Below, in pieces: positions 8,594-18,438 of a stretch of DNA of 64,000 bases. The position numbers and the translations under genes are program-made. The stretch's first letter is position 1; each line of letters begins with the position of its first letter. This DNA comes from Candidatus Nealsonbacteria bacterium (GTDB taxonomy: Bacteria; Patescibacteriota; Minisyncoccia; Minisyncoccales; CAZKCU01): assembly GCA_047456305.1 (NCBI GenBank), contig CP179888.1, positions 573,307-637,306 of the forward strand. Reading direction: 5' to 3'. The notes beneath the pieces are model-generated. The model saw only the letters and a list, made by a program, of their open reading frames with translations. It did no database searches and was not told where the DNA came from.

Positions 8594-8836
8594 GTGGGTA
8601 AGAAAAGAAAGCGCAAGATTTCAAATTGTGGTGGATTGAATTATGTATCCAAACAACCAGAAAAATGTCCCTTTTGTGGCGAAGATTTACCACCAAGCTT
8701 AGGAAAAATTTGGGTGAAGTGTCGTTTCTGTAAGGGACTAGTTCACCGCAAGATTAACAAAACTGGCCGCTGTAAAAAAATTGTTCCCCACCGAAATGAT
8801 CCAAGAAAGGAGGTAAATAGTTCTTTTTTTCACTAA
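8594..8836 (+). CDS. Small zinc-ribbon protein
   Basis: GTG start after AAAGGAGAAAGGAG. CPFC...CRFC cysteine pairs. Higher GC than neighbours. Confidence 0.45.
   Translation: MGKKRKRKISNCGGLNYVSKQPEKCPFCGEDLPPSLGKIWVKCRFCKGLVHRKINKTGRCKKIVPHRNDPRKEVNSSFFH
8804..8828 (+). repeat. 25-bp perfect direct repeat, copy 2
   Basis: Identical to 8518-8542. Lies in the 3' end of the zinc-ribbon ORF. Confidence 0.9.
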
Positions 8837-8977
8837 AGATAGTTACTACCAAGCTTACTACCAAGTCGCCTCACAGCCAGTCGAGGCGACTCTTTATTTT
8901 ACAAAATTTAAATTCTGTGATAGATTTGATAATAGTTCTTACTAAAAAAAGGTGGTGATCCAGAAAGGAGGCGAAGA

Positions 8978-9370
8978 ATGGCAAAAAAGAAAAAGATAAC
9001 AAAGCTAATGCGAAGTGGTCGGAAACGCTTCCCGGCTAAATTTCGGGACGATTTTCCTCAGGAAACCGTTCAAAAAATGGATGAGATAATACAGGGAATA
9101 TTAACCAATAACCGAGTTTTAGATGAAAAGGAGTTATGGTTAATAAAGTATATTGAGACATTTCTTGAATTTCGGGCAGCTATTTGGGATAAAAAAGTGA
9201 AAGTTATTAGAAAGATTAACAAGGCTGTAGCTGTAGCTGTAGAAAAAAAATATCTCAACGACGAAGAAGACGAAGAAATTGGTGGAATTAACCGAGCATT
9301 GCTTAAGAAAGAAGAGGAGGCGAATTTTGAAACTTTCAAAAAAAGACTTAAAGAAAGAAGTAAAAAATAA
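8978..9370 (+). CDS. Hypothetical charged protein
   Basis: ORF with strong SD GAAAGGAGG 7 nt upstream. No recognisable motifs. Confidence 0.45.
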   Translation: MAKKKKITKLMRSGRKRFPAKFRDDFPQETVQKMDEIIQGILTNNRVLDEKELWLIKYIETFLEFRAAIWDKKVKVIRKINKAVAVAVEKKYLNDEEDEEIGGINRALLKKEEEANFETFKKRLKERSKK

Positions 9371-9395
9371 CGGATCATCACCTTCTCACTTCTTT

Positions 9396-9471
9396 GGCCC
9401 CATCGTCTAGTGGCTTAGGACGCATGGTTCTCATCCATGTAACTCGGGTTCAAATCCCGATGGGGCCGCCA
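9396..9471 (+). tRNA. tRNA-Glu (anticodon CTC), CCA encoded
   Basis: Manual cloverleaf: acceptor GGCCCCA/TGGGGCC, anticodon stem CATGG/CCATG with loop TTCTCAT, T-arm TCGGG-TTCAAAT-CCCGA. Confidence 0.85.
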
Positions 9472-9479
9472 ATTTTTTT

Positions 9480-9507
9480 GAGAGACTTTTAATCAGTCTC
9501 TTTTTTG
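9480..9507 (+). terminator. Terminator after tRNA-Glu
   Basis: AGAGACT-tttaatc-AGTCTCT followed by TTTTTT. Confidence 0.6.
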
Positions 9508-9521
9508 GATATAATAAGTTA

Positions 9522-12098
9522 ATGGGAAAAATCTCCTGGCATAATCTTACTTGGAAAGAAGTAACAAAATTATTATATTCTGACTCTAAAAAGGGTTTAT
9601 CTGAGAAAGAAGTAAAATTTCGACAAAGAAAATCAGGCAAAAACTTACTTCCAGAAGAGGAGCCTTTATCTCGATTAAGAATATTTTTAGAGCAATTTAG
9701 AAGCCCCCTAATTTATATTTTAGTAATAGCGGGAATTATTACTTTGATTTTGAGAGATTATAGCGACGCCATTGTTATTTTTGGCGCTGTTTTTTTAAAT
9801 ACAATTGTTGGATTTTTTCAGGAAAACAAAGCATCTCAAGCTTTAAGAGAGTTAAAAAAAGTGGTTAAACATACAGCTGAAGTTTTAAGAGAAGGAAATT
9901 TAAAAATTGTTGATTCAGAAGAACTTGTTCCCGGCGATATTATTATTTTGAATCCAGGAGATAAAGTCCCGGCTGATGGCAGAATCATTGAATGTCATGA
10001 TTTAAAAATTAATGAAATGGCTTTGACAGGGGAGTGGTTATCAGCAAAAAAATTGTCAGAGGTTTTACCAAAAGAGAAACCTTTAGCTGATAGAGATAAT
10101 ATGGTCTATATGGGTTGTGTAGTTGAAGATGGAACGGGAAAAGTGATAGTTTCTGAAACAGGGGTTCAAACTGAAATTGGAAAAGTAGCTAAAATAATTA
10201 AGGAGACTAAAGAAGAAAAAACTCCCTATCAAAAAAAATTAGCCAATTTTTCTAGAATTATTGGAATAGTTATTAGTATAATTTGTATTGGAATTTTTAT
10301 TGAAGGGATGATAACTGGCGGAAAGTTTATAGAGATGTTTACAACAGCCGTGGCAGTGGCAGTAGCAGCTATCCCTGAGGGATTACCAGTAGCAATGACA
10401 GTGATTTTAGCTCTTGGAATGCAAAGGATATTAAGAAAGAAGGGATTGGTGAGAAAATTAGCTTCAGCAGAGACACTGGGGAGCACTTCGGTGATTTGTA
10501 GCGATAAGACCGCCACCTTAACCGAGGGAAAAATGAAAGTTGGAGAAGTAATAGGGGATAAATTTTTAGCTCTAAAAGCGGCTACTTTAACTTCAGCGGC
10601 TTTTATTGAAAACCCTGCAGAGCCAAAAGAAAAATGGATTTTCAGAGGGAGACCAACTGATAGGGCTTTACTTGAAGCTGGAATTGAAGCTGGAATTGAT
10701 AGAAAAAAAGAATTCGAAAAAAAGAAAATAGCTGAAATTCCCTTTAACCCAATAAATAAATTTGCCGCCACTTTGTATAAGGAAAATGGCAAGAATTTCC
10801 TATATGTTTGCGGAGCTCCAGAAAAAATTTTAGACCTTTCAAACTTAAAAAAAGAAGCTAAAGAAAATTTGGAAAAAAAATTAGAAGAACTGGCTCAAAA
10901 AGGTTTAAGAGTCGTTGCCTCTGCTTACCGAAAAGTTGCGGAGAACCGTTCTCCGTCTATTGAGGAATTATGTAAGAATTTTACCTTTGTTGGTTTCATC
11001 ACCTTAAAGGACCCGGTTAGAAAAGAAGTAAAAGAAGCAATGAAAGTTTGTAGGCAGGCAGGAATGAGTCCAATTATTATTACCGGTGACCATAAATTAA
11101 CAGCTAAAGCTGTAGCTGAGGAGTTGGGTTTTAAAGTAAAAGAAGGAAATATTATGGAAGGAAGAGAGCTTGATCAACTTTCAGATGAAGAGTTTCTAAA
11201 AAAAGTAAAAGACATTCAAATTTATGCCAGGGTTGAACCAAAACATAAAATGCGAATTATTGAAGCATGGCAAGGAAAAGGAAAAGTGGTGGCAATGACT
11301 GGCGATGGAATTAATGACGCTCCGGCGCTCAAGAAAGCCGACATTGGAGTAGCTTTGGGTTCTGGAACCGAAGTGGCAAAAGAAACTTCAGATTTGATTT
11401 TATTAAATGATAGTTTTTCTATTATTGTGGCGGCAGTTGAAGAAGGGAGGGCAATTATTGATAATATTAGAAAGGTTATTACTTATTTATTATCTGATAG
11501 TTTTACCGAAATAATTTTAATTGGAGTTAGTCTTCTTTTAGGCTGGCCTCTTCCAGTTTTAGCTGCTCAAATTTTGTGGGTGAATCTTATTGAAGATGGG
11601 CCCCTCGGCCTCTGTTTGGCTTTTGAACCAAAAGCAAAAGACCTAATGAAACAGAAACCCCGAGGCCATGATATTCCTCTTTTAACCCGGGAGATGAAGG
11701 CCTTAATTTTTATTATCGGATTAGTGACCGATCTTTTACTTTTAGGGCTTCTTTTCTGGCTAATAAAATATTCTGGTTATGAAATTCCTCATATTAGATC
11801 AATAATCTTTGCCGGACTTACCGTTGATTCGATTTTTTATGTTTTCTCTTGTAAAAGCTTAAGAAAAAATCTCTGGCAGATAAATCCTTTCTCCAATAAA
11901 TTTTTAGTTTTTGCCTGGATTCTCGGTGTTATAATGTTGATATCCGCTCTTTATCTTTCTCCATTACAAACACTTTTAAAAACAGTTCCCCTAAATCTTT
12001 TTGACTGGCAAGTAATTTTAGGTTTAGGATTAATAAATATAATTTTAATTGAAACAACTAAATGGTATTTTATTGCCAGACACCAAACTGAAAGTTAA
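9522..12098 (+). CDS. P2-type cation (Ca2+-like) transporting P-type ATPase
   Basis: TGEW, CSDKTATLT phosphorylation loop, PEGLPVA, TGDGINDAPALKKADIG; about 10 TM. TATAAT lies 6 nt before the ATG. Confidence 0.9.
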   Translation: MGKISWHNLTWKEVTKLLYSDSKKGLSEKEVKFRQRKSGKNLLPEEEPLSRLRIFLEQFRSPLIYILVIAGIITLILRDYSDAIVIFGAVFLNTIVGFFQENKASQALRELKKVVKHTAEVLREGNLKIVDSEELVPGDIIILNPGDKVPADGRIIECHDLKINEMALTGEWLSAKKLSEVLPKEKPLADRDNMVYMGCVVEDGTGKVIVSETGVQTEIGKVAKIIKETKEEKTPYQKKLANFSRIIGIVISIICIGIFIEGMITGGKFIEMFTTAVAVAVAAIPEGLPVAMTVILALGMQRILRKKGLVRKLASAETLGSTSVICSDKTATLTEGKMKVGEVIGDKFLALKAATLTSAAFIENPAEPKEKWIFRGRPTDRALLEAGIEAGIDRKKEFEKKKIAEIPFNPINKFAATLYKENGKNFLYVCGAPEKILDLSNLKKEAKENLEKKLEELAQKGLRVVASAYRKVAENRSPSIEELCKNFTFVGFITLKDPVRKEVKEAMKVCRQAGMSPIIITGDHKLTAKAVAEELGFKVKEGNIMEGRELDQLSDEEFLKKVKDIQIYARVEPKHKMRIIEAWQGKGKVVAMTGDGINDAPALKKADIGVALGSGTEVAKETSDLILLNDSFSIIVAAVEEGRAIIDNIRKVITYLLSDSFTEIILIGVSLLLGWPLPVLAAQILWVNLIEDGPLGLCLAFEPKAKDLMKQKPRGHDIPLLTREMKALIFIIGLVTDLLLLGLLFWLIKYSGYEIPHIRSIIFAGLTVDSIFYVFSCKSLRKNLWQINPFSNKFLVFAWILGVIMLISALYLSPLQTLLKTVPLNLFDWQVILGLGLINIILIETTKWYFIARHQTES

Positions 12099-12104
12099 AG
12101 TTTT

Positions 12105-13217
12105 ATGTCTCAGACCAAAAAAATCATTTATGCAATAGCTATTCTTTCTGGAACCATTATTGGCGTTGGGCTTTTTTCTTTGCCTTATATTACCTCAAAG
12201 GTTGGCTTTTGGGTAATAACAGGTTTCTTTTTAGTTTTGGGAAGTTTAGTGATTTTAATTCATCTGTTTTTTGGAGAATTATCTTTGCGAACCCCTGATT
12301 TTAAGAGATTGCCTGGGTTTGCCAAATTTCATTTGGGAAACTGGGCCGAAAAAATAGCTTATTTTTCAACAACTTTGGGATTATTTGGAGCGATTTTAGC
12401 ATACTTAATTGTCGGCGGTGAATTTTTAACAGAATTATTTTCACCAATTTTCGGCGGCAATTATTTAATTTATACACTTTTTTATTTTGCGATGGGTGCT
12501 ATTTTAATTTTCTTTGGAATGAAAGCCATTGCTAAAGTTGAATTTTGGGGATTAATTTTATTTTTTATAATTTTGTTTGCCATATTTTTTCGGGGAGAAT
12601 CATTTATAGCAATTGAATCCCTTTTTCCTTCTCCAGATATTTCTTATTTTTTCTTACCTTACGGCATTATTCTTTTTTCTTTGTGGGGAGCAGCTTTAAT
12701 TCCGGAAGTTGAAGAAATATTAGGAAGGCAAAAAAAATTAATTTCAAAAATTATTCCCATTGCCATTTTAATTCCGATAGTTGTTTATCTCTTTTTTATC
12801 TATCTAATTTTAGGGATTACGGGGACCGAAACCACAGAATCGGCCTTAACCGGATTGAAAGATGTTTTGGGCGACGGAATAGTTTCTTTGGCTCTCATTT
12901 TCGGGGTTTTAACAACTTTTACATCTTTTATTGCCTTAGGGCTAACTTTAAAGAAAGTTTTTTGGTATGATTTAAAAATTGGAAAAAATTTGGCCTGGGT
13001 AATTACTTGTTTTTTACCCCTAATTCTTTTTTTGATCGGTATTAAAAGTTTTATTCCGGTGATAGCCCTTGTTGGGGGAATAATGCTGGGAATTGATGGA
13101 ATTTTGATTTTGCTAATGTACCAGAAAATCAGACCTAAAAGAAAATTCTTAATCTATCCTTTAGTTTTAATATTTTTAGGAGGGATTATTTATGAAATAA
13201 TATACTTTGTAAAATAA
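12105..13217 (+). CDS. Amino-acid permease-like transporter (Aa_trans / Trp-Tyr permease-like)
   Basis: Polytopic. N-terminal GTIIGVGLFSLPY signature typical of this family. Confidence 0.6.
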   Translation: MSQTKKIIYAIAILSGTIIGVGLFSLPYITSKVGFWVITGFFLVLGSLVILIHLFFGELSLRTPDFKRLPGFAKFHLGNWAEKIAYFSTTLGLFGAILAYLIVGGEFLTELFSPIFGGNYLIYTLFYFAMGAILIFFGMKAIAKVEFWGLILFFIILFAIFFRGESFIAIESLFPSPDISYFFLPYGIILFSLWGAALIPEVEEILGRQKKLISKIIPIAILIPIVVYLFFIYLILGITGTETTESALTGLKDVLGDGIVSLALIFGVLTTFTSFIALGLTLKKVFWYDLKIGKNLAWVITCFLPLILFLIGIKSFIPVIALVGGIMLGIDGILILLMYQKIRPKRKFLIYPLVLIFLGGIIYEIIYFVK

Positions 13218-13218
13218 T

Positions 13219-14175
13219 ATGATTTTATTTTATATTTTCATTTTTTTAGCTTCTTTTGCCCTACTTTTTTGGTCGGGGAAATGGTTAGTTGATACCTTAA
13301 CTAGAGTGGCTCGATTTTTGGAATGGAGGGAATTTGTGGTAGCTTTTTTTGTTATGGCAATAGCGGGCTCTTTACCTAATCTTTTTGTTGGCATTTCTTC
13401 AGCCCTTCATAAAATTCCTCAACTTTCTTTTGGTGATGTAGTTGGTGGAAACCTCGTTGACCTAACAATAGTTGTAGCTTTGGCGGCTTTAATCGCTAAA
13501 GGGCTTCCAGCTAAAAGCAGGATGGTTCAAACTTCTTCAATTTTTACTATCTGCATTGCCATTTTACCCTTACTTTTAATTTTAGATGGGGTTCTGGGCA
13601 GGGGAGACGGAATTTTCTTAATTTTAGTTTTCGCTTTTTACGTCTTTTGGCTTTTTTCCAGAGAAGAAAGATTTAAAAAAGTTTATGAAGAAAACAAAAT
13701 TTCTATCACTAAAGAATTTAAAGTTTTTATAAAAGACCTCGGAAAAGTAATTTTTGGAATAATTTTTTTATTAGCAGCTGCCGAAGGAATTGTTAAATCA
13801 GTTCAGTTTTTTGCCGGAAGCTTTAATTTACCAATAGCCCTAATTGGAATTTTAATTGTTGGCTTAGGAAATGCTCTACCTGAAGCCTATTTTGCAATTG
13901 CCTCTGCCAGAAAGGGTCAAACCTGGATGATTCTCGGCAATTTGATGGGTGCAATTATGATTCCAGCCACTCTGGTACTCGGGATTGTCGCTCTAATTTG
14001 CCCAATTGAGATTGTTGATTTTTCACCATTTGCCATAGGCCGGCTCTTTCTGGTAATTTCAGCTATATTTTTCCTATGGGTAGTCCGAAGCGGTCAAAAA
14101 ATTACCAAAAAAGAAGCTTTATTTTTATTAGGAATTTATGTTCTCTTTGTCATAATTGAAATTTTAATGAAGTAA
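13219..14175 (+). CDS. Ca2+/cation antiporter (CaCA / YrbG-like)
   Basis: Two alpha-repeat-like signatures (AGSLPNL, GNALPEAY) in a roughly 10-TM protein. Confidence 0.7.
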   Translation: MILFYIFIFLASFALLFWSGKWLVDTLTRVARFLEWREFVVAFFVMAIAGSLPNLFVGISSALHKIPQLSFGDVVGGNLVDLTIVVALAALIAKGLPAKSRMVQTSSIFTICIAILPLLLILDGVLGRGDGIFLILVFAFYVFWLFSREERFKKVYEENKISITKEFKVFIKDLGKVIFGIIFLLAAAEGIVKSVQFFAGSFNLPIALIGILIVGLGNALPEAYFAIASARKGQTWMILGNLMGAIMIPATLVLGIVALICPIEIVDFSPFAIGRLFLVISAIFFLWVVRSGQKITKKEALFLLGIYVLFVIIEILMK

Positions 14176-14186
14176 TTCTTTATTAA

Positions 14187-14220
14187 TAGAACGAGAAATA
14201 TTCTCGTTCTATTTGTTTTT
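14187..14220 (+). terminator. Rho-independent terminator
   Basis: TAGAACGAGAA-ata-TTCTCGTTCTA followed by TTTGTTTTT. Confidence 0.75.
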
Positions 14221-14309
14221 GACGAGATTTATGAAAAATGCTAATATATTTTAATATTCAATGAATCTTCGATTTATTTCAATCTTCAATAAATTTTCAA
14301 TTTATTTCG

Positions 14310-15314
14310 ATGAATAATTTTCTTTTTATTTTAATCATATTTTTAGTTGTGGCAGGGGGGGTGGTAATCTTGATTTTTGGGCAGAGAAAATCAAAAACTG
14401 ATGAGAAACAATCAGAAGCTATAAGGGATTTGGAAAGACGGCTCACTGATTTAATGATAAATCAATTAAAAGAAATTAGGGGAAGCGTGGATGGTACCTC
14501 TAAAGCAATGCATGAACAAATTTCTTCTTTTACAAAAGAAACAGTTCAAATTCGTCAAGAATTAAAACAAGTTCAGGAGACAATGAAAAATATATCTTCT
14601 TTTCAAGAAATTTTTAAATCCCCGAAACTTAGAGGGCAATGGGGCGAAGCTTCTTTAGAGCATATCTTGAGCCAGCATTTTCCCAAAGAACTTTATCAAA
14701 CTCAGCATCTTTTTTCTTCTGGAGAACAAGTTGATGCAGTATTAAAACTTCCTGATGGCAAATTGTTGCCAATTGATGCTAAATTTTCCTCTGTCAATTT
14801 TGAAAAAATGAAAGAAGCTGAATCTGATAAAGAAATAGCTCTTTTCCGCAAAAAATTTATCGGAGACGTGAAATTTAATATAGATAAAATTGCTTCAAAA
14901 TATATTTTACCCTCAGAAGGTACTCTTGATTACGCTTTAATGTATATTCCGGCGGAAGCTATTTATTATGAAATAATGGCAAAAGAAATAGATTTAGTAA
15001 AATATGCTCAAGAAAAAAAGGTTACTTTAGCTTCACCTAATACTTTTTATTCAGCTTTGCGAACAATCGAACATTGGTTTCGAAGTATGCAGATTTCTCG
15101 TCAAACTCAGCAAATTCTAAAAAGACTTGACCGTGTTTATCAAGATGCTCAAAAATTAAAGAACGATTTTAGAAAACTGGGAAACCATTTAAGAGATGCC
15201 ACTTCTGCTTATGATACCTCAGGAAAACGACTTTCTTTACTTGGAGAAAGAGTAGAAAGATTAGCCGAGGTTGACGAAACTAAAAAATTAAAAAAAGCAA
15301 AACAAAACTCCTAG
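14310..15314 (+). CDS. rmuC: DNA recombination protein RmuC
   Basis: N-terminal TM and coiled coil, then RGQWGEASLEHIL...YALMYIPAEAIYYE typical of RmuC. Confidence 0.8.
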   Translation: MNNFLFILIIFLVVAGGVVILIFGQRKSKTDEKQSEAIRDLERRLTDLMINQLKEIRGSVDGTSKAMHEQISSFTKETVQIRQELKQVQETMKNISSFQEIFKSPKLRGQWGEASLEHILSQHFPKELYQTQHLFSSGEQVDAVLKLPDGKLLPIDAKFSSVNFEKMKEAESDKEIALFRKKFIGDVKFNIDKIASKYILPSEGTLDYALMYIPAEAIYYEIMAKEIDLVKYAQEKKVTLASPNTFYSALRTIEHWFRSMQISRQTQQILKRLDRVYQDAQKLKNDFRKLGNHLRDATSAYDTSGKRLSLLGERVERLAEVDETKKLKKAKQNS

Positions 15315-15317
15315 AAT

Positions 15318-15626
15318 ATGTTAGCTGTAATTAAAACTGGAGGTAAGCAATATATTGTGACTCCAGGAGATAAAATAAAGATTGAAAAGTTGGATACTAA
15401 AGAAGGAAAAGAAGTTACCTTCAAAGAAGTTTTATTGTTGGAAAAAAACAAAAAATTAGAAATTGGAAACCCGTTAGTTAAAGGGGCCAAGGTTATTGGT
15501 AAAGTATTATCTCAAGGTAAAGGTAAAAAAATAATCATTTTTAAATACAAACCAAAAACCCGCTACAAAGTAAAAAAGGGCCATCGTCAGCCCTTTACAG
15601 AAGTAGAGATTAAAACTATAGTTTGA
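15318..15626 (+). CDS. rplU: 50S ribosomal protein L21
   Basis: MLAVIKTGGKQYIV...KKGHRQPFTEV. Confidence 0.9.
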   Translation: MLAVIKTGGKQYIVTPGDKIKIEKLDTKEGKEVTFKEVLLLEKNKKLEIGNPLVKGAKVIGKVLSQGKGKKIIIFKYKPKTRYKVKKGHRQPFTEVEIKTIV

Positions 15627-15628
15627 AG

Positions 15629-15658
15629 TTATCTTCGGCTCTCGAGAGCCGAAGATAA
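15629..15658. terminator. 30-nt perfect palindrome between convergent rplU and recR (bidirectional terminator candidate)
   Basis: TTATCTTCGGCTCTCGAGAGCCGAAGATAA. Also encodes the last 9 codons plus stop of recR. Confidence 0.6.
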
Positions 15659-16315
15659 AGTTTCTTCGTCAGCGTATTCTAATTCCCCGCCAACTGGCAA
15701 GCCCCGGCCAAGCCGGGTAATTTTTTTATTTAAGGGCTTTAAAAAACGTTCAAGATATAAAGCCGTGGCCTCGCCCTCTTCAGTAGGATTGATGGCAATA
15801 ATGATTTCTTTAAAATCAGTTTTTGGAAGCCCAAAAGTTCTAGGATTTTTTATTCTTTCTTCTAATTCTTTTATTCTTCTGTATGGAACGAAGTGAGAGA
15901 CTCCTTGAAGGGTTGCTTTTTTAATATCTTCCTTCCTAAGTTTTGAAACCATCCCTCCCAAAATAAAATAAAGACCTTTATATTTTTTTATTTTTTCAAT
16001 TGAAATTAAATCAGTTTCTTTCTCAATCACACAAACCAGCGTTCTATCTCTTGAGGCATCTTGGCAGATGGGGCAGAGGACTGTTGCAGCTTCAGCTGGC
16101 GGTGAAATTTCTCTAGTGCCTATCTCGAAAGAATTAAAACAAAAAGAGCAAATCTTTACTGATTCTTTGAGGTTAGAAATTGATTTTATTAAATCATTAA
16201 TTTCTTTTTCTGGTTTTTTAATTAAATAAAAAACAAAACGGGCAGCAGTTCGCGGCCCAACCGTTGGAAATTTGGAGAAGATATCAATGAGTTTTTGGAT
16301 AGATTTAGGATACAT
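15629..16315 (-). CDS. recR: Recombination protein RecR
   Basis: HhH (GPRTAARFVFYL), C4 zinc finger CSFC...CPIC with an unusually long spacer, Toprim VCVIEKETD. Confidence 0.9.
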   Translation of the reverse strand: MYPKSIQKLIDIFSKFPTVGPRTAARFVFYLIKKPEKEINDLIKSISNLKESVKICSFCFNSFEIGTREISPPAEAATVLCPICQDASRDRTLVCVIEKETDLISIEKIKKYKGLYFILGGMVSKLRKEDIKKATLQGVSHFVPYRRIKELEERIKNPRTFGLPKTDFKEIIIAINPTEEGEATALYLERFLKPLNKKITRLGRGLPVGGELEYADEETLSSALESRR

Positions 16316-17678
16316 CGTATTCTTTTTCTAAATTTCTAAAACTGACTCGTCTTTCATCGAAATATAATTCAATTTTTCCCACCGGACCATTGCGATGCTT
16401 AGCGATTATAATATCTGCAATATTTTTTCTTGAAGTATCCGGGCGATAACGATCCTCCCTATGAATAAATAAAACCACATCGCTATCCTGTTCCAGCGCG
16501 CCAGTTTCTCTCAAGTCAGATAATCTCGGAATTTGGGGAGAACGCTGCTCTACTGCCCTTGATAATTGCGATAAAGCCAAAACTGGAACATTAATTTCTC
16601 TGGCTAAAGCTTTTAAAGAACGAGAAATCTCAGTCATTTGTTGAACCATATTGACTGCAGGATTTCTCGGTTCCATCAATTGTAAATAATCAACAATAAT
16701 TAGCCCTAGTCCTTTTTCTGCCTGCAATCTACGGGCCATTGCCCTCATTTGTAAAATGTTTGAAATAGCGGCATCATCAATATAAATTGGGGCCTCAGAT
16801 AAAATACCCAGAGCCTGTTGAATTCTTGAAAAATCATTATCTTCGCCCTCATCAGAAAGTCTGCCCGTCCTCAGTCTCCATAAGTCAACATTAGCCAGCC
16901 CGGCAATTAATCTATCTACCACCTGGTCTTTTGACATTTCAAGCGAAAATATACCGACCGGCACCTTATCGTTCGTAGTAACATTGGCTGCGATATTTAA
17001 AGCCATGGCGCTCTTTCCCAAACTTGGTCGCGAAGCCAAAATAATAAGGTCAGATTTTTGAAGACCAGCCAGAATGTTATCTAAATTAACAAAACCAGTA
17101 GGAAGGCCCCGGGGAGCTCCCTGGTGCTTGGATAATCTGTCAATCCTTTCAAAGGCTTCTTCCAAGGCCGCTTTAACGGGTAAAAAATTTTGAGTTAAAC
17201 TTCCTTGAGCAATGCTGAAAATTCTTTTTTCAGCTTTATCTAATAAAATATCAACATCTTCTGACTCATTATAACCCATAGTCCCGATTTCTTGACTGGC
17301 TTCAATCAAATCTCGGAGGATTCTTTTTCTCTGAACAATCTTGGCGTAGTTTAGAACATGGCTGGCAGTGGGAACGCAATTTATGAGCTCTGTCAAATAA
17401 CTTGCTTCACCAATTTCTTCAAGGAGATTTTTTTCTTTTAAGCGGGTGGAAGTTGATAGCAGATCAATGGGCTCTCCTTTTTCAAAAAGTTCAATTATTG
17501 CTTGATAAATTTGCTGATGAATTTTTTTATAAAAATCTCGAGTTTGCAAAAAATCAGCCACTCGAATTATGGCATTTTTATCAAGAAGTAAGCAGCCGAG
17601 TAGCGATTTCTCAGCCTCAATACTTTGAGGAGGAAGTTTTTCTGGTAAAGCATTTTGAGGAAAGTCGTTAACCATCAT
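16305..17678 (-). CDS. dnaB: Replicative DNA helicase DnaB
   Basis: PPQSIEAEKSLLGCLL N-domain; Walker A SRPSLGKSAMAL. Confidence 0.9.
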   Translation of the reverse strand: MMVNDFPQNALPEKLPPQSIEAEKSLLGCLLLDKNAIIRVADFLQTRDFYKKIHQQIYQAIIELFEKGEPIDLLSTSTRLKEKNLLEEIGEASYLTELINCVPTASHVLNYAKIVQRKRILRDLIEASQEIGTMGYNESEDVDILLDKAEKRIFSIAQGSLTQNFLPVKAALEEAFERIDRLSKHQGAPRGLPTGFVNLDNILAGLQKSDLIILASRPSLGKSAMALNIAANVTTNDKVPVGIFSLEMSKDQVVDRLIAGLANVDLWRLRTGRLSDEGEDNDFSRIQQALGILSEAPIYIDDAAISNILQMRAMARRLQAEKGLGLIIVDYLQLMEPRNPAVNMVQQMTEISRSLKALAREINVPVLALSQLSRAVEQRSPQIPRLSDLRETGALEQDSDVVLFIHREDRYRPDTSRKNIADIIIAKHRNGPVGKIELYFDERRVSFRNLEKEYDVS

Positions 17679-17786
17679 TTTTATATTACACTATCTAAAA
17701 ACTCTTGGCAAGGATTGGACAATTTTCGAATATATGTCAAACTTAAATAACTGATCTTTACCAACATTATAGGAAGGAGGTAATAG

Positions 17787-18377
17787 GTGCGAGTTTTAAA
17801 AGGTTTTTTGAAAGTTTTATGGTATAAAATAAAAAGTATGGCTTATCCTTACACGCCAAAATTAGAGTTTCCTCTAGAAAAATGGAGGCTGAATAATTGC
17901 CGATTTAAACAAAGAAATGAGTATGATGGAAAGGACTGGGGTTTGCATTTAGGAGAGGACTGTAATATTAAAGCAGGAACCTTAGTTAGAGCTATCGGCA
18001 GAGGAAAAGTGGTTTATTCTGCTCTTCATGCCACAAAAAAAAGCCCAAAGCGCGGCGGCTATCGGAATTGGGGGAATATTATCATTATTGCCCATAAAAA
18101 TCCTGAGACCAAAAGAGTATTCTTTTCTCTTTATGGACATATCGGAAAAAGGTTAGTAGAAAAAGGAGATAAAGTAGAGAGAGGTCAAAAAATAGGAACG
18201 GTGGCTTTAGCTTGGTCCCAGGCAAATGGCTGGTGGGAAGAAAGTCATCTTCATTTGGCTATCTATGTTGGTCTTTGGAGAGGAGTAGTCCTTCCCGGCT
18301 ATTTCAGCAAAAAAACAGAAAAAAGGACAAAATTAAAATACTGGAGGGGACCAACAAAATTTATTAAGAATTACTAG
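17787..18377 (+). CDS. M23/LytM-family peptidase
   Basis: HLGEDC (HxxxD), GDKVERGQKIG, HLHLAIY (HxH). GTG start after AGGAAGGAGG. Confidence 0.7.
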   Translation: MRVLKGFLKVLWYKIKSMAYPYTPKLEFPLEKWRLNNCRFKQRNEYDGKDWGLHLGEDCNIKAGTLVRAIGRGKVVYSALHATKKSPKRGGYRNWGNIIIIAHKNPETKRVFFSLYGHIGKRLVEKGDKVERGQKIGTVALAWSQANGWWEESHLHLAIYVGLWRGVVLPGYFSKKTEKRTKLKYWRGPTKFIKNY

Positions 18378-18438
18378 ATTTAAGAAAAAGTACAATAAAA
18401 GCCTGTTGCTCGGTCAAGTAATGGGCTTTTTTATTTTA

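Noticed and set aside
10229-10792. 187-aa antisense ORF inside the P-type ATPase gene
   Set aside because: Lies fully within a confidently identified gene on the opposite strand. Low-complexity translation.
14258-14309. TTCAAT/ATTTATTTCRAT short direct repeats upstream of rmuC as a regulatory array
   Set aside because: Very AT-rich low-complexity sequence. The repeats are short and imperfect, and I cannot distinguish them from chance in this composition.
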